A stretch of 64,000 nt of DNA from a virus. The translations under genes and the position numbers were made by a program. This document shows, piece after piece, positions 18,008-27,166 of the stretch. The DNA is taken from IMG/VR virus record IMGVR_UViG_3300030099_007414, positions 32,001 to 96,000 of that record. One strand, 5' to 3'. Position 1 is the stretch's first letter; every line of letters begins with the position of its first letter. The notes below the pieces were generated by a model. It saw only the letters and a program-made list of their open reading frames with translations, was not told the origin of the DNA and did no database searches.

Positions 18008-18229
18008 TTATGAATTCTGCTCTTTTATTTTAAGCTTGTCTAAAACTCTTCGCCTTCTTTTGGCAGCTGCCCTTTTTTTGACAGAAGGTTTTTCGTAATA
18101 AGTATGTTCGCGGTACCTTTCAACAATGCGCTCCTTTTTACACTTTCTCATAAATCTCTTAATCATTCTCTGAACTGTATCTCGGTTGCCTCTTGGCTTT
18201 ACTGATACATTCACTGCTTTTTTGGCCAT
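18008..18229 (-). CDS. rpsU: Phage-encoded 30S ribosomal protein bS21
   Basis: 73 aa, highly basic: V.V...DTVQRMIKRFMRKCKKERIV..YR....YEKPS.KKR.A.KR. ATG at 18229 with GGAG 6 nt upstream. Confidence 0.9.
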   Translation of the reverse strand: MAKKAVNVSVKPRGNRDTVQRMIKRFMRKCKKERIVERYREHTYYEKPSVKKRAAAKRRRRVLDKLKIKEQNS

Positions 18230-18241
18230 AATTAACTCCAA

Positions 18242-18664
18242 TTAAATCATTTTCTTCCAGTTGTGGCCACCGGCAATATTCATTAAGCCATTGATATCCA
18301 CACCGGCATCGTTAGGGGCGTATGTTGACAAGGGGCTTTGTGGACTACCCTCCTTCTGCACTGACCCTCCGGAACTCAAAGGTTCGGTGTTGTCGAAGAT
18401 GCCGGAAAATCCTCCTCCCAGCTGTTCTTCTAGCTTTCTTTTCTTTTCTTGCAGCGCTTGGCGAGCTTCTGCTTGAAGCTCTACTCTTTGTCGAGAAAAA
18501 TCTTGTTGAGGAACCTCTTGTGTTTCGACAATTTGTTCTCTCTGGCCCAGCCCTAGAGCAACTTCCTTAATGAGTCCCGATAAAACACCTTCTTCAAAGA
18601 TTGCTTCTTTGATACATTCTTTTATTAAAGGTTTTAAAACTTTCTTTAGTTGATCTTTTTTCAT
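18242..18664 (-). CDS. Hypothetical head-associated protein
   Basis: N-terminal MKKDQLKKVLKPLIKECIKE helix. Start uncertain (ATG 18664 or GTG 18673). Confidence 0.6.
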   Translation of the reverse strand: MKKDQLKKVLKPLIKECIKEAIFEEGVLSGLIKEVALGLGQREQIVETQEVPQQDFSRQRVELQAEARQALQEKKRKLEEQLGGGFSGIFDNTEPLSSGGSVQKEGSPQSPLSTYAPNDAGVDINGLMNIAGGHNWKKMI

Positions 18665-18680
18665 TTTTTTCACTTTGATT

Positions 18681-19439
18681 TTAAAGGATATTCTTCAAAT
18701 CCGCTTCAAAGGATTTTTTAGTTGTCGCCATACGGTCGAGGAGATTGTCCTTTTCAAACTCAGACATCTGTTTAAATTCCTTAGAGTTGATGATTTTTTC
18801 TATTTTGGCAAATTCCGCCATGTCTTCCGATTGGGCGACTTGTGTGAGAATTTCTTGAACTGCTTTATAAACGGACCCGATACGATGACCAAGCATAACA
18901 ATTTGCTGGTCGCCCATCTTTTTATCTCGGTCGCCTTGGTCGCTTACATATTCAGAGTATTTTGTCATCTCTTTAAGGAATGGGGCTACGTCGCTGACAA
19001 GATTCCCAATAGTGTACCAAGCAGGGCGGTTTGCAACGTCCCTAACATTGTCTAGTATCATGTCCATGGCTGGTGGGACAGACTTTCCGCTGGCTTCTAC
19101 CTCATCGATGGCATCTTGCACCGATGGCAATTCAGACCTCTTTACAGATTTGCCAATTTTTTGAGCTATCATCGAGTAGGCTCTGCGTGACAATTCGGCT
19201 TTTTCAAGAAGCGAATAAGCTTGTGATGCTGCGCTTATTCGTTCTTCGATGTCCTTAACACCCATGGCATGACCACCAGTTAGTTTTGCCCCCATGCGTT
19301 TTAGGCCTCGTCTAAGGCCGCCGACGAACTCGTTCATCTCCTTGGGGGCTGAAAAATCACCCTCTTTCATAAAATTTCTAAAATTCTCAACAAGTAACTG
19401 ATCTTTTTGATTACTTGCCCACTTTTTATCTTTGCTCAT
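18681..19439 (-). CDS. Hypothetical helical protein, possible internal head protein
   Basis: 252 aa; leader LLVENFRNFMKE; directly downstream of the protease; SD AAGGAG. Confidence 0.6.
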   Translation of the reverse strand: MSKDKKWASNQKDQLLVENFRNFMKEGDFSAPKEMNEFVGGLRRGLKRMGAKLTGGHAMGVKDIEERISAASQAYSLLEKAELSRRAYSMIAQKIGKSVKRSELPSVQDAIDEVEASGKSVPPAMDMILDNVRDVANRPAWYTIGNLVSDVAPFLKEMTKYSEYVSDQGDRDKKMGDQQIVMLGHRIGSVYKAVQEILTQVAQSEDMAEFAKIEKIINSKEFKQMSEFEKDNLLDRMATTKKSFEADLKNIL

Positions 19440-19441
19440 TT

Positions 19442-20059
19442 TTATTTTCTCCTTAAAATATCATTTAAAGCTCGATTAATTCTATCGGCTTTAGTAAAAA
19501 TGTTTGGCTCTCTATAAGATTTACCTTCTTGTAAATTCATAAAGGCATTGGGGGTTGATGGGTCGGATACGAAATCGAAACAAATTAATTGAAAATCGTC
19601 TTCAACGATTACATTTCCGCTCATATTTTCTCTGACTGACCCAAGACCGCGAGAAGAGATGCCTAATTGACAGCCGCTCTCGACTAAAGATCTCAAAATC
19701 TGACCAGAAGGAGTACCAAGAACCTTTACAGTTCCCATTACTTTGGGGCCGTCTGACCAAATATTAGTAACCATGTGAGAGGCATTTTTCAAGTTGATGA
19801 CAGAATCGTCTGGATGATCTAGTTCTCCCAGGGCGCGGTTTTCTTTAACCAACTTTTTGTATGTCTCGACCTCTCTCATCAATACCTTTTCTGGATATAC
19901 GCGGCCATTACCGTTTTGAGTATCTGCTTGTTGCATCAATCCCGTGAGGTACATGGCTCCATTATCTTTTATATCTTTCTTTTCTGCTTCTGTAAGCAAG
20001 TCTTGGCAGACCCCGCCCTCGCACAGAGCATAATATTCTCTTAATAAAACTTTTGACAT
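19442..20059 (-). CDS. Prohead protease (T4 gp21 family)
   Basis: NGNGRVYP, ALGELDHP, NASH, GISSRGLGS and FDFVSDPSTPNA. Confidence 0.95.
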   Translation of the reverse strand: MSKVLLREYYALCEGGVCQDLLTEAEKKDIKDNGAMYLTGLMQQADTQNGNGRVYPEKVLMREVETYKKLVKENRALGELDHPDDSVINLKNASHMVTNIWSDGPKVMGTVKVLGTPSGQILRSLVESGCQLGISSRGLGSVRENMSGNVIVEDDFQLICFDFVSDPSTPNAFMNLQEGKSYREPNIFTKADRINRALNDILRRK

Positions 20060-20080
20060 TTCTTAACCCTCTTAAAGTAG

Positions 20081-20134
20081 TCAACAACCATTTTTGCAGC
20101 GTCTTACGCCGCGCAGCATCCATCTTCTAAACAT
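20081..20134 (-). CDS. Putative 17 aa cationic micropeptide MFRRWMLRGVRRCKNGC (absent from the ORF track)
   Basis: AAGGAAGG 5 nt before the ATG. The start overlaps the end of the upstream gene and the ORF fills the gap before the protease RBS. Confidence 0.5.
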   Translation of the reverse strand: MFRRWMLRGVRRCKNGC

Positions 20135-20426
20135 GTCTACCTTCCTTTATATCGAGTTTTATACCCGAATCAGCGAAAATCATATTTAATATATATGATG
20201 TTCCCGAACTCACACAGCCGCAAATCAAAAAGTTCACAATTGTAAGCTCAAATATAAATAGTTCTGTCCAAGGATTAACGCCACATAAAAAAACACCTAC
20301 CCAGAAGCCCATGCACATAGGGCACGACCAAAAGTATCCTCGTGGCCTTATTCTGTTAAATATTCTTCCGTAACAAAGCAATTGTGTCATTCCGTATGAC
20401 GCTAAGATAAAGTACAGTAGAGACAC
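20127..20426 (-). CDS. Small membrane protein, DUF1360-like
   Basis: About three hydrophobic segments and a CPMCMGFWVG motif. GTG start overlaps the upstream TAG. Confidence 0.6.
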   Translation of the reverse strand: MSLLYFILASYGMTQLLCYGRIFNRIRPRGYFWSCPMCMGFWVGVFLCGVNPWTELFIFELTIVNFLICGCVSSGTSYILNMIFADSGIKLDIKEGRHV

Positions 20427-20977
20427 TACTTGCTCTCTTTGTTTTCGAGCATATAGCTCATCCAGTAAGCGTTATAAGTATATCCGGGCTTGATTGAGCC
20501 TTTTTGCGCTGCCTGTGGAACTTCTCCAAGCTCTGTAGAATCTTCTTGTGTCGGATCTGTGAAGTAATTATCGAGCATTTCTTCATAGTCATCGATGTAA
20601 TCGTAATATGGACGTTCTTCTTTCAAAAATTTATAAATTCCGTAAATGGCGTAGTCTACCGAGTTAACGTTTTCGTCCAAAGGCTTTGGTATAATACCTT
20701 CGATTGATCCGTAGACACTGCCACCTCTAATAGACTCATAATCCACGACGCCTTTTCTCTTCAGAAATTCAAAAAGCCTATTCTGGGCATTGTAAACCAT
20801 TTCGGAAAAATCATTTTTTGCGAAAGTGACGATCTTGCTGGTTTTGGGGAAGACAACAATATCCATCTCTTCATGATCAAAGATCATAATGTTTCCATCA
20901 AGGGTTTTTCTTGCCTTCAGCTCAAGGGTTACTGTCTTTTCTACATCGCCCTCGACAATTTTAAGTGCGATGGCCAT
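20426..20977 (-). CDS. Hypothetical protein (head module)
   Basis: 183 aa ORF coupled on both sides; SD AAGGAG. Confidence 0.7.
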   Translation of the reverse strand: MAIALKIVEGDVEKTVTLELKARKTLDGNIMIFDHEEMDIVVFPKTSKIVTFAKNDFSEMVYNAQNRLFEFLKRKGVVDYESIRGGSVYGSIEGIIPKPLDENVNSVDYAIYGIYKFLKEERPYYDYIDDYEEMLDNYFTDPTQEDSTELGEVPQAAQKGSIKPGYTYNAYWMSYMLENKESK

Positions 20978-21795
20978 TATTGAATCTCCTTAACCAGATT
21001 TTGAATGCGAAGGATATCGTGAACCAAGTCATTATCCACTTTTCTTTCGCCAGTGGTCTTTAAAATTTCTAAGACCTGCTCTGTTTTGGATGTCATCTCC
21101 CTATCTGACTTTATTTCATCTAGATCGAGAGATTCGTTAACTCTCTGGAACAAGCGAGGTATTTCTTCACTCAAGAATGCCTTTAATTCAAGGCCATTGT
21201 CCGAAAAAGAAGTGACATATCTGTTTAAAAGATTTTTTTGTTCTTCCAAGAGGGAGTCTGCATACTTTTCATTGAACTTTTTAACAAAAGTCTTATAAGT
21301 TAAATTATCGATTGGCTTCATAAGATCTTTATCGCCACTATTCTCAGAAGTCATGCTCTCAATCATCTGCTTTTCAAGCAAAACTCTGTTTTTAGTCTTA
21401 GTTTTAGGATGAAAAATCTGAAAAACGGTAGCTAAAGACTTATAGTTGGGCACAAAAGTGTTAAAAGCTTTGGGATTGATGTGCTTATTGATAGTGTCTA
21501 CGAGTTCTGTTTGTTCTGCAAATAATTCTCGGTGGTTAATCGTCATCTTTTGAGTTCGGGCTTGGAAAATAATCTTTTCTGCCGTGTAGTTGTCCACTTC
21601 TCGCGTTTCCAAAACAGCCTTGTACAAGTCAAGATCTTTAGCTAAGAGGGTGTTGCCTTTGAAATTTTCTCTAACAATCTTAATGATTGAAGATTTTTTA
21701 TTTTTATCACCTTCTACAATTGCTTTCGTAAGTTCTCTAATGATTACTTCATATAGAAAAGCCGTATTACGCTTTTTGTTGTGTTTCATTTTCAT
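20977..21795 (-). CDS. Hypothetical helical protein, possible prohead core component
   Basis: 272 aa (MKMKHNKKRNTAFLYE...). Overlaps the portal 3' end and sits between portal and protease, like T4 core genes. Confidence 0.6.
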   Translation of the reverse strand: MKMKHNKKRNTAFLYEVIIRELTKAIVEGDKNKKSSIIKIVRENFKGNTLLAKDLDLYKAVLETREVDNYTAEKIIFQARTQKMTINHRELFAEQTELVDTINKHINPKAFNTFVPNYKSLATVFQIFHPKTKTKNRVLLEKQMIESMTSENSGDKDLMKPIDNLTYKTFVKKFNEKYADSLLEEQKNLLNRYVTSFSDNGLELKAFLSEEIPRLFQRVNESLDLDEIKSDREMTSKTEQVLEILKTTGERKVDNDLVHDILRIQNLVKEIQ

Positions 21796-23746
21796 TTGTA
21801 TGAATCTCCGCTTTTTCTAAGTCTGTGATTAATTTCTTAACTTTCGCATTTGCTTCGAACAAAATTTGTTCTTCTTTATTATAAGTAGTATGCTTTAGTT
21901 CATAAATACTTCCTCTAGAAAATGTCTTTAAAGTGTCCATCCCTGTCGGGATGCCAGTCTGAGTAGATGGGGGAACTACAGCGGCTAGTGCATTCTTTTT
22001 TGACCCTGCTGATTCGCGCCCATCTCCGCCTCGTAACTTTTTAGATACGTACTTTTTCCCTTTCGCTTTTTGAGATTGGGAATTTGTAGTCGTTCTTCTA
22101 TTTCTATCATCTCTTTTTGCTGGTGCGGCCAACAGAGGCTCATCATCGGCGGGTGCGTCGTCTTCGAGATCTATGTCTACATCAACATCATCATCTCCGC
22201 CGATATCGAGATCAGTATCCAGATCTTCATCCGGTGCATCAATATCTAGGCCGCTGTCAGCTTCTCCGCCGAAATCTCCTGCGGCTGCTTCTCCTGCGGC
22301 TTCCGCAGCTGCGTTAAGTTCTGCCTCATACTTCCTATCCGAATACATTTCTCTTTGATTTCGGACAAATTCTTCTTCGGAAAGGTTGAAGATGTTCTGA
22401 GCAATCCATCGCCGGGAAAAGAAGTTTTCAGTTGCTCCACCAGCGATGTCAAATTTGGTTTTCCAGTGCTCCAGCTCTTGTAGCTCGGCGATTTTAGATG
22501 GATTATTTAATCTTAATCTGAAACTAACAAGGTCATCTCCCTTGAACCCAAGGGTATAGAGGTGGACAATACCAATTTTTTCCAACTCTGAAATAACTGC
22601 TCTTTGCAATCTTTGAATTGTTCTTGCAAATCTTACATCTTTTTGAGCCAAAGAAGTTTTATCTTCGGTTGCCTCATCGCCGCTAGATAAATAAGGGGCG
22701 GGAATTTTTAAGGCCGAGAACATCTTATCTCGCAAATATTTGACATCATCGATATCACCGGTGAACTGGCCACCCGGTAAAGTCTCAATTTTTGATGATT
22801 CACCACCGCGAATGGGAATAAAGTAATCTTCCTCCACAGACAATGGGTTATATCTCAAATCTACACGACCAGTGTTTGCGTCAACCACTTGGTTTCTTTT
22901 CATCGATGTGATAGTTTTTTGAACAAACTGTTCTACATCATTAGGGGCAATGTTACCCACGTCAATATAAAACACTCTTCTTTCGGCGGAACGAACAATT
23001 CTATAGGCCATCATTGCGTCTTCCATTAAGACGAGTTGTCGCCAGATTCGACGGCCCGGATCTAATACTGACGTTCCATATGGAGTGTACTTGTCATTAC
23101 CCAAAATTCTGAAGTGTGCTACTTGCCAGTTTTCGAACGTCATCCCAGCGGAGTTCCACTGATATTGGACGTAGTTGGGGTTCGTAGGATCTTCACCTTC
23201 CATTCTTTCAACTTCACGCAGCGGAATAGGAATAACTGATTTAACGCCGAATCGGTCGTCGATGTCCATATAAAGAATAAAATCTCCAAACTTGCACATA
23301 GAGCGACACCAACCAAATAAGTTGTGGTCGATATTCAAAACGTTTTCATATAAAGACTGAAGAACTGATTTAATCTCTTCATTCGGACAATCTATGTGCA
23401 TCATCGGAGACAAAGCAGAGTGAGTAGTCATCTCATCGGCATAAATATCTAATGCGGAAGCAATTTCCGGCATATATTCCATTTGTTCATAGTCAATGTA
23501 TCTTTCAGCTCGGTTTTGTTGAGCCATAATTTTTGAATTCATAACATCAAAAGGAGAATATTCGTTTTTCTTGAACTGTTGCCCGCTTGCCGATTTAAAA
23601 TCTGTAGCATATTTATCCAGAGCTGTTCGACGAATCTTGCGATTCATCTGTGTTCTCCAGTTTACAATGGGGCCAGAGAACAGTCTGGTTAATCTTCTAT
23701 ATAATTCAGATTGGGGGTTATTGGGGTTCTTTTTCTTATCAGCCAT
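21767..23746 (-). CDS. Portal protein (T4 gp20 family)
   Basis: YEQME.MPEIASALDIYADE, QL.LMEDAM..YRIVR.AERRVFYIDVGN, EDYFIP.RG, IETLPGG, DIDDVKY...K...ALKIP and F.R.I.RLQ. Confidence 0.96.
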   Translation of the reverse strand: MADKKKNPNNPQSELYRRLTRLFSGPIVNWRTQMNRKIRRTALDKYATDFKSASGQQFKKNEYSPFDVMNSKIMAQQNRAERYIDYEQMEYMPEIASALDIYADEMTTHSALSPMMHIDCPNEEIKSVLQSLYENVLNIDHNLFGWCRSMCKFGDFILYMDIDDRFGVKSVIPIPLREVERMEGEDPTNPNYVQYQWNSAGMTFENWQVAHFRILGNDKYTPYGTSVLDPGRRIWRQLVLMEDAMMAYRIVRSAERRVFYIDVGNIAPNDVEQFVQKTITSMKRNQVVDANTGRVDLRYNPLSVEEDYFIPIRGGESSKIETLPGGQFTGDIDDVKYLRDKMFSALKIPAPYLSSGDEATEDKTSLAQKDVRFARTIQRLQRAVISELEKIGIVHLYTLGFKGDDLVSFRLRLNNPSKIAELQELEHWKTKFDIAGGATENFFSRRWIAQNIFNLSEEEFVRNQREMYSDRKYEAELNAAAEAAGEAAAGDFGGEADSGLDIDAPDEDLDTDLDIGGDDDVDVDIDLEDDAPADDEPLLAAPAKRDDRNRRTTTNSQSQKAKGKKYVSKKLRGGDGRESAGSKKNALAAVVPPSTQTGIPTGMDTLKTFSRGSIYELKHTTYNKEEQILFEANAKVKKLITDLEKAEIHTNENETQQKA

Positions 23747-23749
23747 TTT

Positions 23750-25339
23750 CTATCCTTTAATGAGCCATGAATATTTTTCATAATCTTGCTTTGCTTTAAA
23801 CATTTTATCGTCTAGGGCTTCTTTCCTATTATATCCCTGCATTCCGGGGATGGTTGTATTAACTTTTGTATCAACTTTTATGATTGAATTTAAACATGCT
23901 TTTTTGTAGTCTGTCTCTCTCTGGTTTACGGTGAGTGCTGTATCCCTTACCCAACATGCGATTGCTAACGCCATTGTTAGGTCATCATTGTATCCTCTCA
24001 TCGCTTGAGGTTTGCCATTATGCCAAATAAAAGTTCGCAATTCATTCGAAAAACGAACTGATTGTACCTTAATTAGTTTGTTTCTGACGAATTCTTCTAA
24101 TTTTGCAACGATTAGTGGGCGAGTTTTTGAAGAAGTGGTAAATCCGGGAACTGCTGAATTGTTATTTTCGGCCTGATAACCGTCTATGTACTCGTGTGAC
24201 CCCTTGACGGAATAATATAAGTTGGGATATTGAAGATCAATGAGTTTTTCCAATACAGAGATACCAATTCCCACGTTTTCTACGACCAAAAGACAATTTC
24301 CAAACTCTTTTCCTGTCTGCAATAAAACACTAGCATACATATCTAGATTTGGCTTGCCTTGATATTCGGCAACGACTTCCATAGTTTCCAGCTTGATCAC
24401 ATGAAAGACTGAATAATCGGCACCGTCACCTCGTGCTACGTCAGCGACCAATAAATAAGAGCAATCTGCCTGATATTGCTCCCAAATCCATAAATTTCTA
24501 TCAAAGCCGGTGCGATATTTTGGCTCACAAACTGTACTCTCGATCCAGGCGATATCATCTGGGTGGATTACGGATTCTCCGGATGTATTGAAGTTACATT
24601 CGAGTTCTTGGGCTATTTCGCGTCGGGACATGTTTCGAGTCTCTTTGTCGAACCACTCCTGATCTCTATCTGGGTGGACATCCCAAGGCAAGATTATGGG
24701 ATGAAAATCATTGGTGCCTTCGGCGGCTTCGGAATATGTTTTGTGAAACCAGTTACCCACACCGTTTGGCGTACTTAGCGCGATGACTCGACCACCTGTA
24801 GAAATTGTGGGATATAGACCAGCCCACAGCTCATCTAGGTTTTCAACGTGAGCCGCTTCGTCGATAACCAAAAGCGAAAGAGCCTCTGAACGACCGGCAT
24901 CGCCGGAGGTTGAGGCTGCTTGAATTTGAGATCCATTAGAAAGCTCGAAAGAGGATCGGTTGTCGATAGATATTTCAGAAATTACTATCCACTCTGGCAA
25001 ATTCTTCATGATTGCCTTAACTTTCTTTACCAAGTTGGAGGCAGTTTTAAACTTTGTTGCCATTACCAGAATATTCTTATCTCGGTGGAAAAGCATTAAC
25101 CAGACAACATAAGCTGCTGCTATGGTCGAAATGCCTAACTGTCGAGCCTTAAGAATGACGTTAAAGCGATAATCGTTAAAATCCTGCACTAAATCCGCCT
25201 GATACGGATATGTTTTGAAAGGAATTAAACCATCAATCGGGTGAGATATTCTTGCGTAGTTGTCAATGAAATAGACCGGGTTTTTTCCGCATTTCAAAAT
25301 TTCAGCTACTATCTCTTTTTTAGATAGTGTATAAGACAT
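23750..25339 (-). CDS. Terminase large subunit (gp17-like)
   Basis: LKARQLGIST (Walker A), LLVIDEAAH (Walker B), STPNG, QELECNF, nuclease ADVARG.G.DYS and NDDL. Confidence 0.96.
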   Translation of the reverse strand: MSYTLSKKEIVAEILKCGKNPVYFIDNYARISHPIDGLIPFKTYPYQADLVQDFNDYRFNVILKARQLGISTIAAAYVVWLMLFHRDKNILVMATKFKTASNLVKKVKAIMKNLPEWIVISEISIDNRSSFELSNGSQIQAASTSGDAGRSEALSLLVIDEAAHVENLDELWAGLYPTISTGGRVIALSTPNGVGNWFHKTYSEAAEGTNDFHPIILPWDVHPDRDQEWFDKETRNMSRREIAQELECNFNTSGESVIHPDDIAWIESTVCEPKYRTGFDRNLWIWEQYQADCSYLLVADVARGDGADYSVFHVIKLETMEVVAEYQGKPNLDMYASVLLQTGKEFGNCLLVVENVGIGISVLEKLIDLQYPNLYYSVKGSHEYIDGYQAENNNSAVPGFTTSSKTRPLIVAKLEEFVRNKLIKVQSVRFSNELRTFIWHNGKPQAMRGYNDDLTMALAIACWVRDTALTVNQRETDYKKACLNSIIKVDTKVNTTIPGMQGYNRKEALDDKMFKAKQDYEKYSWLIKG

Positions 25340-25347
25340 TCTACCCT

Positions 25348-25857
25348 CTATTCGAAGGAGCCTTCTTTGAGAAACTTTTGGTACTTAACATCTATTGGGT
25401 TGGTAATTCCTTCGCCCAGTGTTTCCACACCTTGCATCCCATTAATCTTAAAAAGCCTATGGGCCATTACGAAAGTTCTTACTCTAGAAGTGTTCTGCAC
25501 AAAACAATGGCACTCACCTTGAGGAGTAAGGGACAAAGCACTTCCTGTGATGAGTTTGAATTCTTTTTTCAAGAAGTCTGCAATTGCATGTAATTTTCTA
25601 TCGCACTCTTCTTCAAATCCGTTTGCGTAAACGTCTTTGAGACGGATGTTGGCTTCATAATTGATTTGAAGCATGTCGCCAATAATCTTTACGCCGAAAC
25701 CATCGGATACCCGACTGTCCGTAATTGAACACCCTTCTTCTCGATTCAAGCCGATTTCCTTGGCATCGCCCGTGACAAATCTTTTATCATGTGAGCCATC
25801 ATAAGCATTTGCCGCAGCTTGGTTGATTCCTTGAATTATTTCTAGTGTTGTAGCCAT
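25348..25857 (-). CDS. Hypothetical protein
   Basis: 169 aa ORF with SD AAGGA, co-oriented with its neighbours. Confidence 0.7.
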   Translation of the reverse strand: MATTLEIIQGINQAAANAYDGSHDKRFVTGDAKEIGLNREEGCSITDSRVSDGFGVKIIGDMLQINYEANIRLKDVYANGFEEECDRKLHAIADFLKKEFKLITGSALSLTPQGECHCFVQNTSRVRTFVMAHRLFKINGMQGVETLGEGITNPIDVKYQKFLKEGSFE

Positions 25858-25875
25858 GTTTTTTATTTCCTTTAG

Positions 25876-26355
25876 TTATTCACCGTATGCCATATCATCT
25901 CTTTTCTTTCGAGACCAAAATTTGTATCCACTTGGTGTGCCTTCTTGATTTGGGCCTGCCCAGTATACTTCTCTATCGCCGATCAAACCAATAAACGTAT
26001 TTGGTGGCAACAAATTGAAGAGATCCATGGCATCTTCCACTCCCATCACATCAAAAAGATCTTCTAGCGTCATATTCATATCTTTTGCCATTTCGACTGC
26101 ATTGAATTCTCTATAGGGATTACCTTTTACTTGCCTTTTTCTACCATAGATGCCAAAGTCACCGCCCATATCAGAGCCGGTACCTGCTTTATCGGGAACA
26201 CCACCGATACCGGGCTTTGTGGTTGCGACACCATCAACATAAGTAACGTCGTCGTCTTCTTCTCTATCTGGCCTATCATCCGTTTTGGCTTCTGTGGTTA
26301 TTTTAGAGATCTCCTCTTTAATAATTTTTACTAATTGTGATTTAGTGATTTTCAT
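25876..26355 (-). CDS. Hypothetical protein with MKITKSQLVKIIKEE leader (possible internal head protein)
   Basis: ATGA overlap with the upstream gene; amphipathic leader ending in I-K-E-E. Confidence 0.6.
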   Translation of the reverse strand: MKITKSQLVKIIKEEISKITTEAKTDDRPDREEDDDVTYVDGVATTKPGIGGVPDKAGTGSDMGGDFGIYGRKRQVKGNPYREFNAVEMAKDMNMTLEDLFDVMGVEDAMDLFNLLPPNTFIGLIGDREVYWAGPNQEGTPSGYKFWSRKKRDDMAYGE

Positions 26356-26735
26356 TCTTTATCTCCCGGTCGCCATCCCGTAGACCATCTGTTCTCGCGG
26401 CCTTCGACCCATTGTATGTAGCATTTAAAGCAACAATCAAATTTTGCCATGTATACATCGTCTTTCAAATCAAAAGAATAAGATTGACAAACAGGGCAAT
26501 TTCTATTGTTATCTTTATTAAATAGTTTTTTAGAAATTAAAAAACCATCCATTTCGATTTTTTCGTTTTTTTCTTCTTGCTTTTTTTCTTTTTCATACAA
26601 ATCTTTGATCTGTTGCTGATAATCTTTTTCTTTTTCGTCGTCCCAGTCAGCTTTCGGATGTTGAATAGCTTCTTTGCCATATTTCTTGGAAATGGCCACC
26701 TCATATCGAGCAATGTTATTTAAATCTGTCTTCAT
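26352..26735 (-). CDS. Hypothetical Zn-finger-like protein
   Basis: CPVC...DCCFKC; start overlaps the upstream stop. Confidence 0.65.
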   Translation of the reverse strand: MKTDLNNIARYEVAISKKYGKEAIQHPKADWDDEKEKDYQQQIKDLYEKEKKQEEKNEKIEMDGFLISKKLFNKDNNRNCPVCQSYSFDLKDDVYMAKFDCCFKCYIQWVEGRENRWSTGWRPGDKE

Positions 26736-27166
26736 TTATTCACCGCATAAGTTATGCCGACAGTTGTCCCAACGCCGACGACAAAGCCGCCGATGATGCC
26801 CCACAACAAAGCATTGGTACCCGGCTTCTTTGCTATAATTCTATTTAGTTGCTCAATCTCTTTATTTTTAATTTCAAGAGTTTTTTGAAAACTCTCTCGT
26901 TCCGTATCTAAAGTAATATTAAGTTGCGACAAATCTAAATCAAATTGTTTTTGTTGTTTTTGCAGCTCAAAGCCTAGCTTAAGCTCGTATTCTTCTTTGA
27001 GGAACTTCCCATTAGCCATGATTTTTGCAGTTGCTGTCGGGTCAAATAAAGTTCCTGTGAAGGGTGCTTGACTATTCTTCTGGATGAAAGTAAACTTTCC
27101 GTCTGAAGCTTTGGCATTTCCGCAGAAAAATACCAAAAAGAGTAATAAAAGTATTCTATTCAACAT
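26732..27166 (-). CDS. Exported coiled-coil protein with C-terminal membrane anchor (spanin-like?)
   Basis: Signal peptide MLNRILLLLFLVFFCGNAKA, a coiled coil, and C-terminal ALLWGIIGGFVVGVGTTVGITYAV. The start is nested in the upstream gene's 3' end. Confidence 0.5.
   Translation of the reverse strand: MLNRILLLLFLVFFCGNAKASDGKFTFIQKNSQAPFTGTLFDPTATAKIMANGKFLKEEYELKLGFELQKQQKQFDLDLSQLNITLDTERESFQKTLEIKNKEIEQLNRIIAKKPGTNALLWGIIGGFVVGVGTTVGITYAVNK

Noticed and set aside
20081-20083. TGA after the micropeptide Cys as selenocysteine
   Set aside because: No SECIS-like hairpin follows, and a TAA occurs three codons later.
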